DNA from: Anthoceros angustus
Lineage: Eukaryota > Plantae > Anthocerotophyta
Reading direction: 5' to 3'
Length of the DNA: 64,000 nt
Assembly: GCA_010909165.1 (NCBI GenBank)
Contig: MU008169.1
Span: forward strand, 248,001 to 312,000
Position 1 is the first letter of the stretch. Each line of letters starts with the position of its first letter. The notes under the pieces are model-generated. The model ran no database searches. It saw nothing but the letters and a program-made list of their open reading frames with translations, and was not told where the DNA came from. Shown here one piece after another: positions 13,270 to 25,365 of the stretch. A program made the translations under genes and the position numbers.

Positions 13270-14150
13270 CAAGGAACGTGACAAGCACGCAATCGGAAGT
13301 GGGCGGAAACAAAACAAAGAGAAGGCCGAGAAGGTAAGCCCGCAAATTGCAACCGCACTCGCCACCGCTTGTGCTTACAGTGCCAAGGGCCATGGAATGG
13401 CATGTGGTCATATGTTCTGCAAATCCTGTGAAATGTGGTGGAATCGCGAGCCGCAAAGACGGAAGGAAAACCAGCACCGCTTGAGGAAGGAAGGGCAAAA
13501 TCAGAACTGGTGGGAGGTGCAGCCCATTCGCATACGACGAGGAGTAGGCCTTCACCAAACGAGAACGGGCGGGCAGAGAATGCCAACCACAACCCCAATT
13601 CACCCTCCGCGAGGAGGGAGCACGAGGTCGCGGATGGAGATTGCGTTCATTCCTCGCCGACGAGTGAGCACGGACGGATGCTAGATTCATTCATCCGCTA
13701 CCGAGGGCGTGGCCCAAGGAACGGTGACAAGCACGCAATCGGAGGCGGAAGTGGGCGGAAAACAAAACAAAGAGAAGGCCGAGAAGGTAAGCTCGCAAAT
13801 TGCAACCGCACTCGCCACCGTTACAGCCAAGGGCCATGGAATGGCATGTGGTCATATGTTCTGCAAATTGTGAAATGTGGAATCGCTGAGTCGCAGACGG
13901 AAGGAAAACCAGTTGAGGAAGGGGAAGGGCAAAATCGGTAACTGTGGGAGGTGCAGCCCAGCGGCATACGACGAGGAGTAGGCCTTCACCGAAACGAGAA
14001 CGGGCGGGCAACAGAGAATGCCAACCACAACCCCAATTCACCCTCCGCGAGGAGGGAGCACAGGTCGCGGATGGAGATTGCGGTTCATTCCTCGCGCGAC
14101 GAGTGAGCACGGACACGGATGCGGATGCCGGTAGATTCATCCCGCCGCTA
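13270..14150 (+). repeat. ~445-bp tandem duplication near the right end of element C
   Basis: CCAAGGAAC(G)GTGACAAGCACGCAATCGG occurs at ~13270 and ~13713, and the downstream sequence aligns. Confidence 0.85.
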
Positions 14151-14847
14151 CCGAGGGAGGACGCCAATTTTGGATGTGGATGCGGCAAAGAACCGCATGT
14201 TATCTCAGAGGGTGCGAAACTCGCTTCGTTGTTCTTGTGGACTAAGGGTTTCCAAAACAAGTACCCTATACGGGACGCCCACAAGGGCACGAAATACGAG
14301 TGACGTGAAAGGCACTGCGAATAGGTGGAAACAACGCCACAGAAATTTGCGCCGACCAGACAAAACGGAGTGCACAACACGGATACCACTTGTACGCAGC
14401 TTAATTTTGAAAGGCATCGATATAAATTTGAGTAATGACATCGGGCAATACGACTGGAAGCCAAGGCATATTATATACTTATAGTCCGTACACGATAACA
14501 ATAAAGGCAGGGAAAACAAAGGAATGAAAGCAATAATGGCAAACCCACATGGGAAGGAGGTTCGGTACCAAGCCTCGCAAAATCAGAATAAAGAGGGTGT
14601 AACACTTTGGTTGTTGCAAATATGTTGAAATTTTGAAAGGGCCAAATACCGCCTCACTACAATGCAACAAAATTGCAACAAGATCAGAACGCGATTGTAA
14701 CAAGATGGAGGGTTGGTTACCAAGCCCGACCGTAACAAGGGGCCAAATAAGTGTAACAAGACCCCAAGATTTCAACATAATTGCAACATGGGGGGGTTCA
14801 AATCTTAACAAAAAGTGTAACATAGGGGGCCATTTCTAGTAGGGAAA

Positions 14848-15480
14848 GGTCCATCCTCTTCCAAGCTAGCCCTTGCTGTCACAAACCTGTGATGCATTTT
14901 GGGCAACCCCTTTCCCTCCATCACCTGCACCATCCATGTCCCCTTCCGTGCCCACTTGCATACGATGTCCTCGGGAATGCCCGTGACATACACCTTCTCT
15001 CGGCCTTCGACCGCCCCAAGTCGACTCCATACGGATTTGGCAACCTCTTCCTCGCCATCGTCATGGGGAGCGTCCACCGACAAGTAGTCTTCGCCGAGGC
15101 TGCTCACACCACCGCAATGCCCCCGCCACGCCGCAATCCCTCTTGGTACTGATGGTGGTTTGCTGGCCAAAACAAGCCGCTCCATGCGCCGTGGCCTGAT
15201 GGGTCGACAACTCGCATGTCGACGCCCGCCTCGTGTCTCCTCCATTTTTGGCAACACCGCAATAGCTCAGCGATTGGCAATCGTCCTGAATCAAGTTGCC
15301 TACAATGTAGAGAAGGAAGCCTGTGACGCACCCTTTTCTTGTTAGTGCACGCCCGGCTGTAATATGAGAATGTGACAAAGGCTAGTGAGAGACGTTGGAC
15401 CGCTGGTAACGTTAGCATGTCGCATCCGCTTACTCGACGCCGACGAATACCCACCACCGCCTCAATTGGTGACCTTCGGC
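14848..15480 (-). pseudogene. MULE-like transposase, 5' part (continuation of 1190-2622 across element C)
   Basis: Flank on the other side of the AAA TSD. Minus-strand KGCVTGF...H...HG and PEDIVCKWARKG...EDGPF resemble MULE zinc-ribbon and pre-DDE segments. Confidence 0.35.
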
Positions 15481-15849
15481 CTAGCAAGAGGTTAGTTGTG
15501 CCGTGACATGCACCGTGTTCCGCGATATCCACCGGTTTTCGCCGACCCTTCTTGCCCCAAAGGAAAGAAGTGGTGTCCAACGCAGCTGTGGTATGTGTCC
15601 GGGCGATCAAGCATCAACAATGACGCAGCTGCAGTGCAATCTCGCCATCAATCCATTTAGAATCCTGAGCCTGACGCTACCTATTTCCCAAGGTTCGTGC
15701 ATTGATGTTGTGTATGGATGGCTGCGGGTCTTGGTGAAGTCTCGAGTGGGTCAACCTTCGCTCGCCAATTGCACCGTGTCATTTGCAATTGGGCATGCGC
15801 AGGCGCTTGGGTTGTTCCATCCGCTTGGGTTGTTCCATCCATTCGCCAT

Positions 15850-17026
15850 TTTCCGCTTGCGCGATTGGGGGCATGATGGTTGCGTGGAGCGAGAAGTGGC
15901 GGTTACCGATCGGGCGCCCAATCGACGGCGAGACGGGTTTCACACGCACTTTCCCGCCATTATGGTTCAAGAGGAGATCCGGATTTGACAACGACATGAT
16001 GTGTCCTCGCCTGCGGTGAAGGCAAAGATCGTGACTATTCCACCACGCCTCGTGGTTCACCGCCAGAAACTATTCGAGGATGGTTCTGATGTGGGTGGAT
16101 GCGTAAATGTCCTCGCTGAAATGTTCGCCCATAATTGGCTTGTTTGAACAATACATGGAAACCGACAAGCCTTCATTTGTCCGCATCGATGTTCTTCGTG
16201 CATGCGTTGAACATGATGCAAGGTTAGCGCGCCGCGTGGTTACTATTGGGCCGCCAGATGCCGGCATTTGACCCGCTAACGCTGCAATGTTGGGCAGCAC
16301 GGAATGTGGAGGGAACGGCCCAACCAAGGCAGATAGTGACATCGGACGCACCGCCGCCATCGACGCCGTGACGCGCCTCCCGAGAGATGAACCAAGAAAC
16401 GGAGCCCGAGATACCTATGTCGCTTCATCTAATGAAGAGTCATCGAGTCGAGGACTAAATGGATGCATGTAATCCCATTGATGATACCGACTTGATGCCG
16501 ACTTGATGACCTCATGGCACCGCAGTGTTCCGGATGTGCCCGGACAGAAAGAGAGTCCGCCACGGCAGAGCCGCTTTTGTTCACCGTGGAAGAAGCATGT
16601 CTTTCCAAAGAGACCATTGATCGCCACCTTGCTTCTCGCTTCGATCCAAACAATGCATGGTATTTTATGTGGCTATGTCCGATATTTTCCGTGTGATTTC
16701 GTGCATTTGTTGCTCAAGGGAATTCACCGTCAAGTCCATGTCAAGCCAAAAACTTTGTTTTCCTTTGGGCCGCGGCTCGAGAAGATTCATGCTCACGACC
16801 GCCTCGCCTTCGGCCCATATCGGAGATGATCACGACAAAATGTGATGCGCAGTACGTGGAGGGGACCGGTTGCCAAATGGGTCGAGGCGAATCTACCGAA
16901 AGGTCATGTGGCATTTCCCTTTGAAGGATAGGCTCAACCGGATTTTTAGAGCACCGACACTGCCAGATTGACGACATCCTACACGGAACTCCGGAGTTGT
17001 GATGGCTCCATGGGCATAATGGCAGA
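15850..17026 (+). pseudogene. Tnp2 of element B, 5' portion
   Basis: DMMCPR (transposase-associated domain) and RKVMWHFPLKDRLNRIFRAP...DGSMGIMA, reading up to the insertion point. Confidence 0.8.
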
Positions 17027-17089
17027 CACTACTAGGAAACTCAGTACTTTACTACCCCTTCAAATCTAGAGAGAGGGGATTTTTAGATG

Positions 17090-18260
17090 ACTGTTCGTTT
17101 TACAACGGAGCTTTTCAACCCATGTATTATTTTCGTATAGATTTTAACACTTTACAACATGGGTTTAGGGTTTTAACAACGGCCGTATTTTTTATGGGCT
17201 TTTGATGACGTGGCTCTCTTTACGTGCATTTACAACATGGGTTTGCAAGATTACTATGCACTACTATTTTCAACTTGTGTTTTTAGGTGGTTTACAACGC
17301 CCTAAACTACATTTACAATACGGTGTTTGTTTACAACGATGGCCTTTATTTTACTACAATACTTTTACAACAGAATACGCCTTTTACAACGGAGCATCTT
17401 TTACAATGGTTCTACTATTTTACATGCTCTTTTACAATAGGAATACGCTTTTACTTTTACAACAATGTTTGCTATTTTACAACGGTTCTTTACAATGGAA
17501 TACGCCTTTTACAACGAGTGTCTTTTACAACAATGTTGCTATTTTAACGGTTCTTTACAATACTTTTACAACATGGAATACGCCTTTTACAACGGAGCAT
17601 CTTTTACAAAGGTCTACTATTTTACATCGGTTCTTTTACAATAGGAATACGCCTTTTACAACGGGCCTTTTTACAACAATGTTTGCTATTTTACAACGGT
17701 TCTTTACAACAGTGGAATACGCCTTTTACAACGGAGTGTCTTTTACAACAATGTCTGCTATTTTACAACGGTTCTTTTACAACAGGAATACGCCTTTTAC
17801 AACGGAGCGCTTTTACAACAATGTTTGCTATTTTACAACGGTTCTTTACAACAGGAATATGCCTTTTACAATGGAGCGCCTTTTACAACAATGTCTGCTA
17901 TTTTACAACGCTTTTTACAACAGTGGAATACGCCTTACAAATTTTACAACAATGCCCGGTATTTTACATTACTTTTACAACGCCTAAACTACATCTACAA
18001 CACGGGCTTTGTTTACAACGATGGCCTTTGTTTTATTACAACACTTTTACATTAGGGACTACGCCTTTTACAACGGAGCATCTTTTACAACAATGTCCGT
18101 GTTTTACAATGGTTCTTCTACAATGTAGATTACTTTCTACAATGGGGTGCCTTTTACAACAATGCCCGTTGGTTTACATCGCTCTTTTACAACCAATACC
18201 CTTTTACAACTAGACGCCTATTACAACAATGGGTGGAATTTTATAACAAGGTGATTTACA
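17090..18260. repeat. Left subterminal array of element A (TTTTACAAC motif, higher-order units)
   Basis: Dozens of TTTTACAAC/TTTTACAAT copies, with recurring GGAATACGCCTTTTACAACGG and AATGTTTGCTATTTTACAACGG subunits. Confidence 0.9.
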
Positions 18261-18699
18261 ACACACAAATCCATATTAACAATATAATTTAGGTTTTTCT
18301 TAATATTTTAAACTATCCGTTGTTACTTCCATCGTAAATGCTTATTGTTTTAGAACATAATTTAGGGTTTTTCATAACATCTTAAACTATCCGTTGTTTC
18401 TTTCGACGTAAATGCTTGTTGTTTTAACATGCCACATCCATTTGCCAACTATGGCCATTATATTACTTTATTATTTTGAATGACTGTTCTAATTTGTGTT
18501 GTAAAATAGAGATGATGTTAAATTAGCCACCTTTTTCACAGCAAGTGTGAGCGAAACACTTATATGATGGTAACTTGAATTGTAATTGATGCTGTAAAAA
18601 CGTGAAACATACTTCTCTATTGCAATGCACATTCTATGAACAACATGCATTGTTTATGAATTGAGTATGCTTTTCCTTTCAAACAACTTGGAATACAAG

Positions 18700-19450
18700 A
18701 TAACAAACTCAAGGAGAATTTCAAGTGTTACATGGATGACAATCAAAAGGTGGAACGTAACGCATGTACCTATGCATCATTAATATTATCAACTTCAAAA
18801 CGACACGCTCTCCACGTGCACTAGTCCCAACAACCACCTTATTGTCATAGAGTCTAACTAATTTTGGTGACACAAGGGTAAAGGGTTCATCTTGGACTCT
18901 TGAAGAAGGATAAACAATTGGGATACAATGCATTCCAGATGTCCTTCTTCAATCCCTTTGTATCGTGATCTTCATAAACAGTGTTTGAACCACTTTACTT
19001 TCAAGAAATTTTACATGTTATAGCCCAAAGTCAACCTTTATAATTTTTGCACTTTCCCAACATATGGCATATCAATAACATTTCCAAGCTCACCGCACTA
19101 CCAAGGAAATTTTGTTGTATTATAGAATCACACGAAGTTTACCTCATCACATGATTCTCTTATGGTTCCCATAAGCCCACATCATTGAATATGATTTCGA
19201 TCCGGTATAGGACCATTCACTACTCTATATATATATCTAGCCCATATTCATTCAAAACATTGCTCGATCGAATGGCACTCGAACTTCATTTAGTAGCCAA
19301 TCCACAAAAGATGGTGATGTGTCTACCAATGGTTTCACAAACCAAGAATATGCTTTATAACCTTCAAGGTCGCGGATCGCATGAAGTAACGGATTTGCAG
19401 GCTCGTGTTAAAGAAGGTTGTTGAGGACAAATTGCCAAGGTATGCCATAG
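18700..19450 (-). pseudogene. 3' remnant (DUF4216-like) of element A's own transposase
   Basis: Minus strand gives MWAYGNH, YVGKVQKIIKVDFG, KVKWF and RVQDEPFTL, matching the CACTA DUF4216 region. Confidence 0.7.
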
Positions 19451-19899
19451 CCTGCTTCAAGGACGTGTGCTGAAGCTCACTTTTCATTTTCCGGCAAATA
19501 GGCTTGCCTGTAGATGGAGTTAGGCGTGGGTTTAGACCGCCGTAGGCCTGTTGCTAGTGGAGTTGCATTTTATAAGAGATAGGAACTTTTCCGGACTGCC
19601 AAGAAACGGACGACCACTGTGGTTTTTCTTTTAAGAGACTTTTCGCTCCTAACAATCGTGAATATGACCGCCGCCTTCATCATCATGACTTCCACCGTAG
19701 GCACGCTAGTTTGACGAGATTTGTATTTGGTTTGTGAACATCAAATTTTCTAGTGGATGGATGATTATAACGACCAAGGAACTGTCAATCAATCGCAGTC
19801 ACACTCGGCCAAGTCGGTTTTGAGGAGCAATTTCGATCAAATTCCTATGTCAATGTTTAATATGAATGACGAAAATGCCTCATCGCAGCCCTTCTTCCT

Positions 19900-21817
19900 C
19901 TATCTAGTTAAACTCGCAGCTCCGTTCCAAGGCTCGAATCACAAACAGAGTCGTACATCTTCCCACCACCTGCCCGGCCAGATGCTTGTTCTTTAGCATA
20001 GCTACACTAAGCACGTCAATTCAGTCAGACGACAGTGGTCCTCCACAAATTCAGGAACATATTCGGAAAATGAAAGATATATTCACCTTGAGAGCATCAC
20101 ATTTAAATCGGCCCAGTTTGTGTTAAGAGCTCGTCCCATCCCTTCCAAGACGAGCCAAACCAGAAGTTCCTTCTGTGAATCTGTCGATCACAAGATATAA
20201 CGATGAGCTTCAAGACGGAAGGAAGGAAGTACCAGATCTGCATCCCGAGAGCAGCAAGTTCGATGACTTGACGAAGATCGATGGTGGACTTCCACATCCA
20301 TTTTCAGCTATCATCAGCTTGGGGTCTCATATGTGGAAGAAGAAACTGCTCTCTGGCTCCATTGCATCAATCAGAATCTCCTGCCTTGGCTGCAAGGATG
20401 TCACTATGCTGAAAACACAGAGTGGAGGAGGTTTAAGTCAATGTTTCTACCGCAAGTCTACCTTCTGGATAAATGATAAAATTCTCACCTTTGCTGCAGC
20501 AGCCACAACACCTGGGAGCCTCGATGACATCATTTATGGCGGAAGGGAGTTCGCAACAAGCACAACCTGGGAAAAGATTCCAAAGTTAAGAACCAATTGG
20601 CTTTGGTGAAGCAGATCACGCAAAGCCTCAAGGAGCGCACCTCTGTCCCTCGCCTCAAAAGCTCGCGGCAATGGAATCATGCCCAGTACCACATCGCTCC
20701 TGAGTTGTCAACAAACAGCAGTGCTCGCTTGTGGTGGGCGGTGTTCCATCAAGATCGCCAAGCAACCTCTTTCCAGTGTGTCAAAGTCATCCACCGCTTA
20801 GGCCACGATGACTACTTCTGCACGCATAACTGTAAGTCTACACAACTTTAAGATTGTAATAGTCACTGCCATGGACGCTGCATCTTATTCCGCTCATTGA
20901 TAGATTTCAAGAATTGTGCCCTTCTGATACATACACATGCACGTGCACCCCAGTCAAATATGTTTGCAGCAAGAACGCCTTCTATGATAGCCAACCATCT
21001 TGTCCTCTGCCATAACAGTGTTCCTTAGTGTCCAACAAAATATAAATACTACAATAATTAGCAAAGAAAGACAAGCACAGACAAGATAAGCACGGACAAC
21101 AGAAAGTACCGGCTCCATGCTGTCGAGCCCGATAGCAGATCAGGTAACACTGCCAAAGCTGCTTCGTTCCTAACACGACCAACAATACAAGATCACACTC
21201 AACTGTTCATCAAGTAATGTTTTGACAAGGTTCACGAGGAAATGGATCACCGCTTGATTGATCTATAAGCATCCATGAAGTGGAACTCGCAGACATTCTT
21301 CTCTCATTTCCAACAAGGGCTGCCAAGTTTGCCATACGCAGCAGGCTCCTCACATAGTCTAGCAAACGAGTGGAGTGAGCAGCTAAACCAAAGGAAAATC
21401 AAGTTCATAAGCTATGAATGATCAACACAATTGCCATTTTTCCTAGAGGACGAGAGAAGACTGCCTTACAAGGTGAGCCCTGAAGGCTTGAGCAAATGCA
21501 TCACCCTCCTCTTGGCATCCTCGACTCCTTCACTAGCAACAGCCTGAACGTTTTGGGCAAAGGGTTTAGAACAACTAAACCAAACAAGAACAATAGTGAG
21601 ATAGGACTTGATCACCAGAGCTGGAAAACTCGAGGCACTCACTGCCTCTACAAGATCAGGCAAGTGTTCAAAGAACGCGAGCCAATATCTGCAAAAACAA
21701 TGAAAAGACTGAGCACCGTGTTTCAAAGTGCATTATGAGGAAAGCACGCTTCGAAAGAGGGCTATTAGAATCACAACTTACTCCGCTCACCTCAATTAAG
21801 ATCCATCGTTGGGCCTC
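19900..21817 (-). pseudogene. PANK2: Captured genomic fragment of pantothenate kinase 2: C-terminal DUF89/ARMT1-like damage-control phosphatase domain with introns
   Basis: Exons read YW..FFEHLPDLVE | AVASEG.EDAKRR | EEPAAYGKLG...EFHFMDAYRSIK | NEAALAVLPDLL | LAIIEGVLAANIFDWGARAC | IDLRQVIELAA | AMLKNKHLAG..KMYDSVC.FEP, collinear with plant PANK2. Several GT-AG introns are retained; many small indels. Confidence 0.88.
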
Positions 21818-22363
21818 GCCCGCCCGCCCGCCCTAGATGCCGAGCCTTCGGGTCGCGGAGCCCGCCAAGACCGGCCACCATGACTTCCAAGTTCGGTCTC
21901 CCAACTGATTCAGCGATGCCACCGACGCTGCGGCAGATCTCCTCACGCAACGGAGGTGGGCATTCCCCGCCCGCCTCCTAGATGCCGAGCATTTCCGGTG
22001 GTGGGAAATTTGAAGGATTCTCGGCGCGGGTACGCCAACAAGCGGTGGTGCCGGCGTATCACATGGAGCAGGGCCCATCGCCGTGCCCTCGTCCGCGGTC
22101 TCCGCAAGATACGGCCGATACGGCGATCCGGCCTTCTTCCGACACGCCGATTAGGTCCGCGGCGCGGCAACGGCTATGGGCTCAAGTCGGGGAAGGTGGG
22201 GCTAAGAGCGGGAAGCTTGGGTGGCGGCCACGGTCCGGCGCTTTGTAGGTGCGGGCTAAGAGCGAAGCTTGGGTGGCGGCCACGGTCCGACGCTTAGTGT
22301 TTGCGCAGCGCCTGTGCTCCTCCTGCATCAAGACTGGAGTAGCGCACATTCTTCCTCCGATGC

Positions 22364-24750
22364 TTGTGGCAAAAAGCTAGAGTTCCATGCGGAGTCGGAC
22401 CCGGGACCGACGTGCATTGGCGGCCCTCCGGGCCGCCGGCGCGACGTTGGGGAGTACGACCGCCGCTGACTAGTGTGAACTTGCATCCGCCGGAAAGCTG
22501 CCGGGTGAGAAGCCATCGACCGAAAGAGACGTGGAGGAGAGTCAAGCAATCTAGAGCCCAATCTAGAGCCCAGACATCTACAACAGACAACTTGGTTGAA
22601 GAAGAGCAGAGGCTGTCAGATGGGGAGTCAAATAGTCCACCAACAACAACTCGTAGCAAAGCTACCCGAGGACGAGGGAGGCGCGGGATGAGCGTTTCAA
22701 GCGTGTGCGTAAAGGTTGTGGAAGATGATGCTGTGAGAGGGGGCACCGGGAGGGGAACAGCACTCTGGAAGGGCAGAGGGAGGGGCTGGGGCAAAGTAAA
22801 TGGAGTGGCAAAGGCTAAGGCAACACAGAATATCAAGGCTAAGGCCGACTCCAGGATGACATGCATTGAAAGTGAAACGGAGAGTGAAGATACCCAACTC
22901 TGGAAACGACAGCATAGAAGAGACGGACTGGAGAGAGCGGTGACGCATGGGGATGATAGAGGAGCAGTTGCAGCAGACGGCAAGGACAAGGTTATGAGTG
23001 TCCCCGTGGAACAAGCGAGGGAGGTATGGGAGGTGCTTACAACCTCCCGAGGTTTCATGGAGGCGCGAGGAGGGGGCAAACTATTCAGGAGGAGCTAGAA
23101 ACGCAAGGTGCCTAACCATGGTGCTGGATTTTGTCCAATGCGCAAAGGAGTGTGAGCTGTGGTGGCAACTTTGTGTCTCGGCTGAAGTTTGGGGAGGCAG
23201 CCGGAGATGCCGCATGGGTTGCCGAACTTGCTCATGAGCCCCAACGTCAATCGAGGAGGGGCCAACACCAGAGCTGCAGACGCCAAAGAAGCTTGACCAT
23301 GTTGCCGATTTTGTCTCAGCCCCAATGGACTATGAGCGACATGTGCCCGCTCACCCTACTCCTCGAATCTTGCTCCGTGTCTGCATGTGCTCAAGGCTCA
23401 AATTCCAGCCATTTCTATTGACAATCCATGATTCAAGTCCTTGCAGTAATTGACGGCCTCTGCATGTGTTGTTGAGAAGGCACGAGGTGTGTCGTGGTCA
23501 ACTCTTGATGACCCACCACCGAGTGTTGTGCCCAACCTCAAGAGCGCATCCTAGTGGTGAATGCTCCTCCGCCCCTAAGTCCAATGGCCCCGTGGAATCT
23601 ATGAGGATCAATGTTACTGGGTGCTCCTCATGGGCTTCCCGGCTGATGTTTTGTTGCGTGATGAGGTGTTGGAAGTTCGCAACAGGGAGGTCCCGAGTCC
23701 ATCCTCAACATAAAGGGAACATCCTCCACCGAGAGAACTCCACTTCCTTCGTGGTTCGAGGTCCAAGCAACAAGAGAGTGAGGGCAGATGCACAGAGGGG
23801 CATATTGCACCACAAAGGAAGAACCGAGCCACGAGGCGGCGCCGATTTTTGACGCCTCATTCTTGGTTCCACAGAGGACATATGTCCCATGACAGTGCAT
23901 GTCTCCCTCCTTGTCCAGCCTCTAATATAGATGGTTTCGCCATGTCATGTCTTTGGGTGCCTAGATTTATATTCTCAATTTTAGTCATGTGATTCAGTTG
24001 TGCTATCCGTCTGTGCCTAAATTATTGTGTTGTTATTGCAGTGGATCAAGCATGATTCGACTCCTTTCTACACATGAAGGACCAATGTCATTGGAGCATG
24101 AAGTTTTTGCAATCCTCTGTGTCTATCTTTTGATGATGAGCCACCGCAACCAAGTTACTGTGGAGACTAACCTCCTGAGGGTGTCGGACCTTGGGAAATG
24201 GAGGCTATTACATTGCGCTTTTCTCTAATACCTCCTTGAAATTTTGGAGGAACAATCTTAGGGTCTCAGTGGTTTTCTAGCCGGGTGAAGAAGAGCAAGC
24301 CCAAGTCCGTGAAGGAGGAGCATTGGCAAGTCCTCCTCCAGCAAGAGAGGGACAAGATAGATGGAGTAGTCGCCTCCCAAAGAAAAGATGGTCTTGTGAG
24401 AAGGAAAGAGGCCGGAGATACTCGGACTCATGCTTTTTGGTTTGGGTGGTCGAAAGGTTTTGTGGCTCGCTTTAAGCGCAGTTTGAAAGGGATCCCACCC
24501 ACTGAAATTGAGGTGGCACGAAACCCCGCAATTGGCTAAAAAGCTTGCTGCCTATTGGAAGGAGTCTTCCATGCCAAGACCTCGTGTGGTTCCCATGTTT
24601 GATCGAAAAGGGAAGAAGGAGAAGGCCACCATGTGGAATGATTTGAGAGGTGCTGGCTATTCTATGACAGAGTGTGATGAGGAGGTCATGCAGCAATCTT
24701 GAACAAGAGTGTGGATGATGGCTTTTGGTGAATCATTGGAATCCACGTCG
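22364..24750 (+). pseudogene. ORF2 (TnpA-like, multi-exon) of element A, degenerate
   Basis: PTPELQTPKKLDHVADF and KEEHWQVLLQQERDKIDG...FVARFKRSLKGIPPTEIE...MWNDLRGAGYSMTECDEEVM are homologous to the 46-47 kb block and to ORF2 of elements B and C. Confidence 0.6.
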
Positions 24751-25069
24751 GCATGAGAAGGAGTAGAAACCGATTCGATTGTTGGTATTGGACTCACCTC
24801 AATGTACCTTGTTTGAAAGCCGAGTTGGTTGTTGATAAGATGTTGATGTTCACTTTCATGATCCCATTTTGCGTGCTAGTCGTGTTTAGGGTGGAGGAAT
24901 GAAGAAGGAATCCAGAATCGTAGGTCCGCAGATGCTTCTCTTAAAGTAGACCAATGTAGAGTTCGTGGCAGAGTATTAATACAGAAGCATTCTCAGAGGG
25001 GCATTTTTGGGGAACTTGACTATAGCCCTACATATTGTTTGCAACAAGATATTGAGCAGAAATTATTTT

Positions 25070-25365
25070 TATATTTTACAACAATTAATATCAAAATTTA
25101 CAACGGAATTAAAAGGAGAATTTACAATGGAATTAAAAGGAGAATTTGAAACAAAATTAAAAGGAGAATTTACTACTGAATTAAAAGGAGAATTTACAAC
25201 AGAATTAGAATTAAAAGGAGAATTTACAATGTAAGAGAATTGAGAATTTACAACAGAATTTAGAAGGAGAATTTACAATTAAAAGGAGGATTTACTACTG
25301 AATTAAAAGGAGAATTTACAACAGAATTAAAAGGAGAATTTACAACGGACTTTACAATGGAATTA
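25070..25365. repeat. Right subterminal array of element A (24-bp unit TTTACAACAGAATTAAAAGGAGAA)
   Basis: Tandem 24-bp units sharing the TTTACAAC core with the left array. Confidence 0.85.

Larger units (their letters stand above)
2626..14844 (+). mobile_element. Structurally complete En/Spm (CACTA-superfamily) element C with CCCTA/CCTTA termini
   Basis: Left TIR CCTTACTAGAAATGGCCCCTATGTT at 2626. Right TIR reverse complement CCCTACTAGAAATGGCCCCCTATGTT ending 14844. 3-bp TSD AAA at 2623-2625 and 14845-14847. GTAAC/GTTAC subterminal motifs at both ends; internal Tnp2 and ORF2 remnants. Confidence 0.9.

Noticed and set aside
14200-14460. Possible Ulp1-like protease in element C (PTRQNGV)
   Set aside because: The catalytic H/D/C motifs are not found; the resemblance is too weak.
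17202-18213. Long ORFs (261 and 176 aa) rich in F/Y/N/T
   Set aside because: They arise from the stop-poor TTTTACAAC subterminal array and are not genes.
25007-25234. ORF with ELKGEFTT repeats (also 26405-26641)
   Set aside because: Translation of the 24-bp subterminal repeat of element A.
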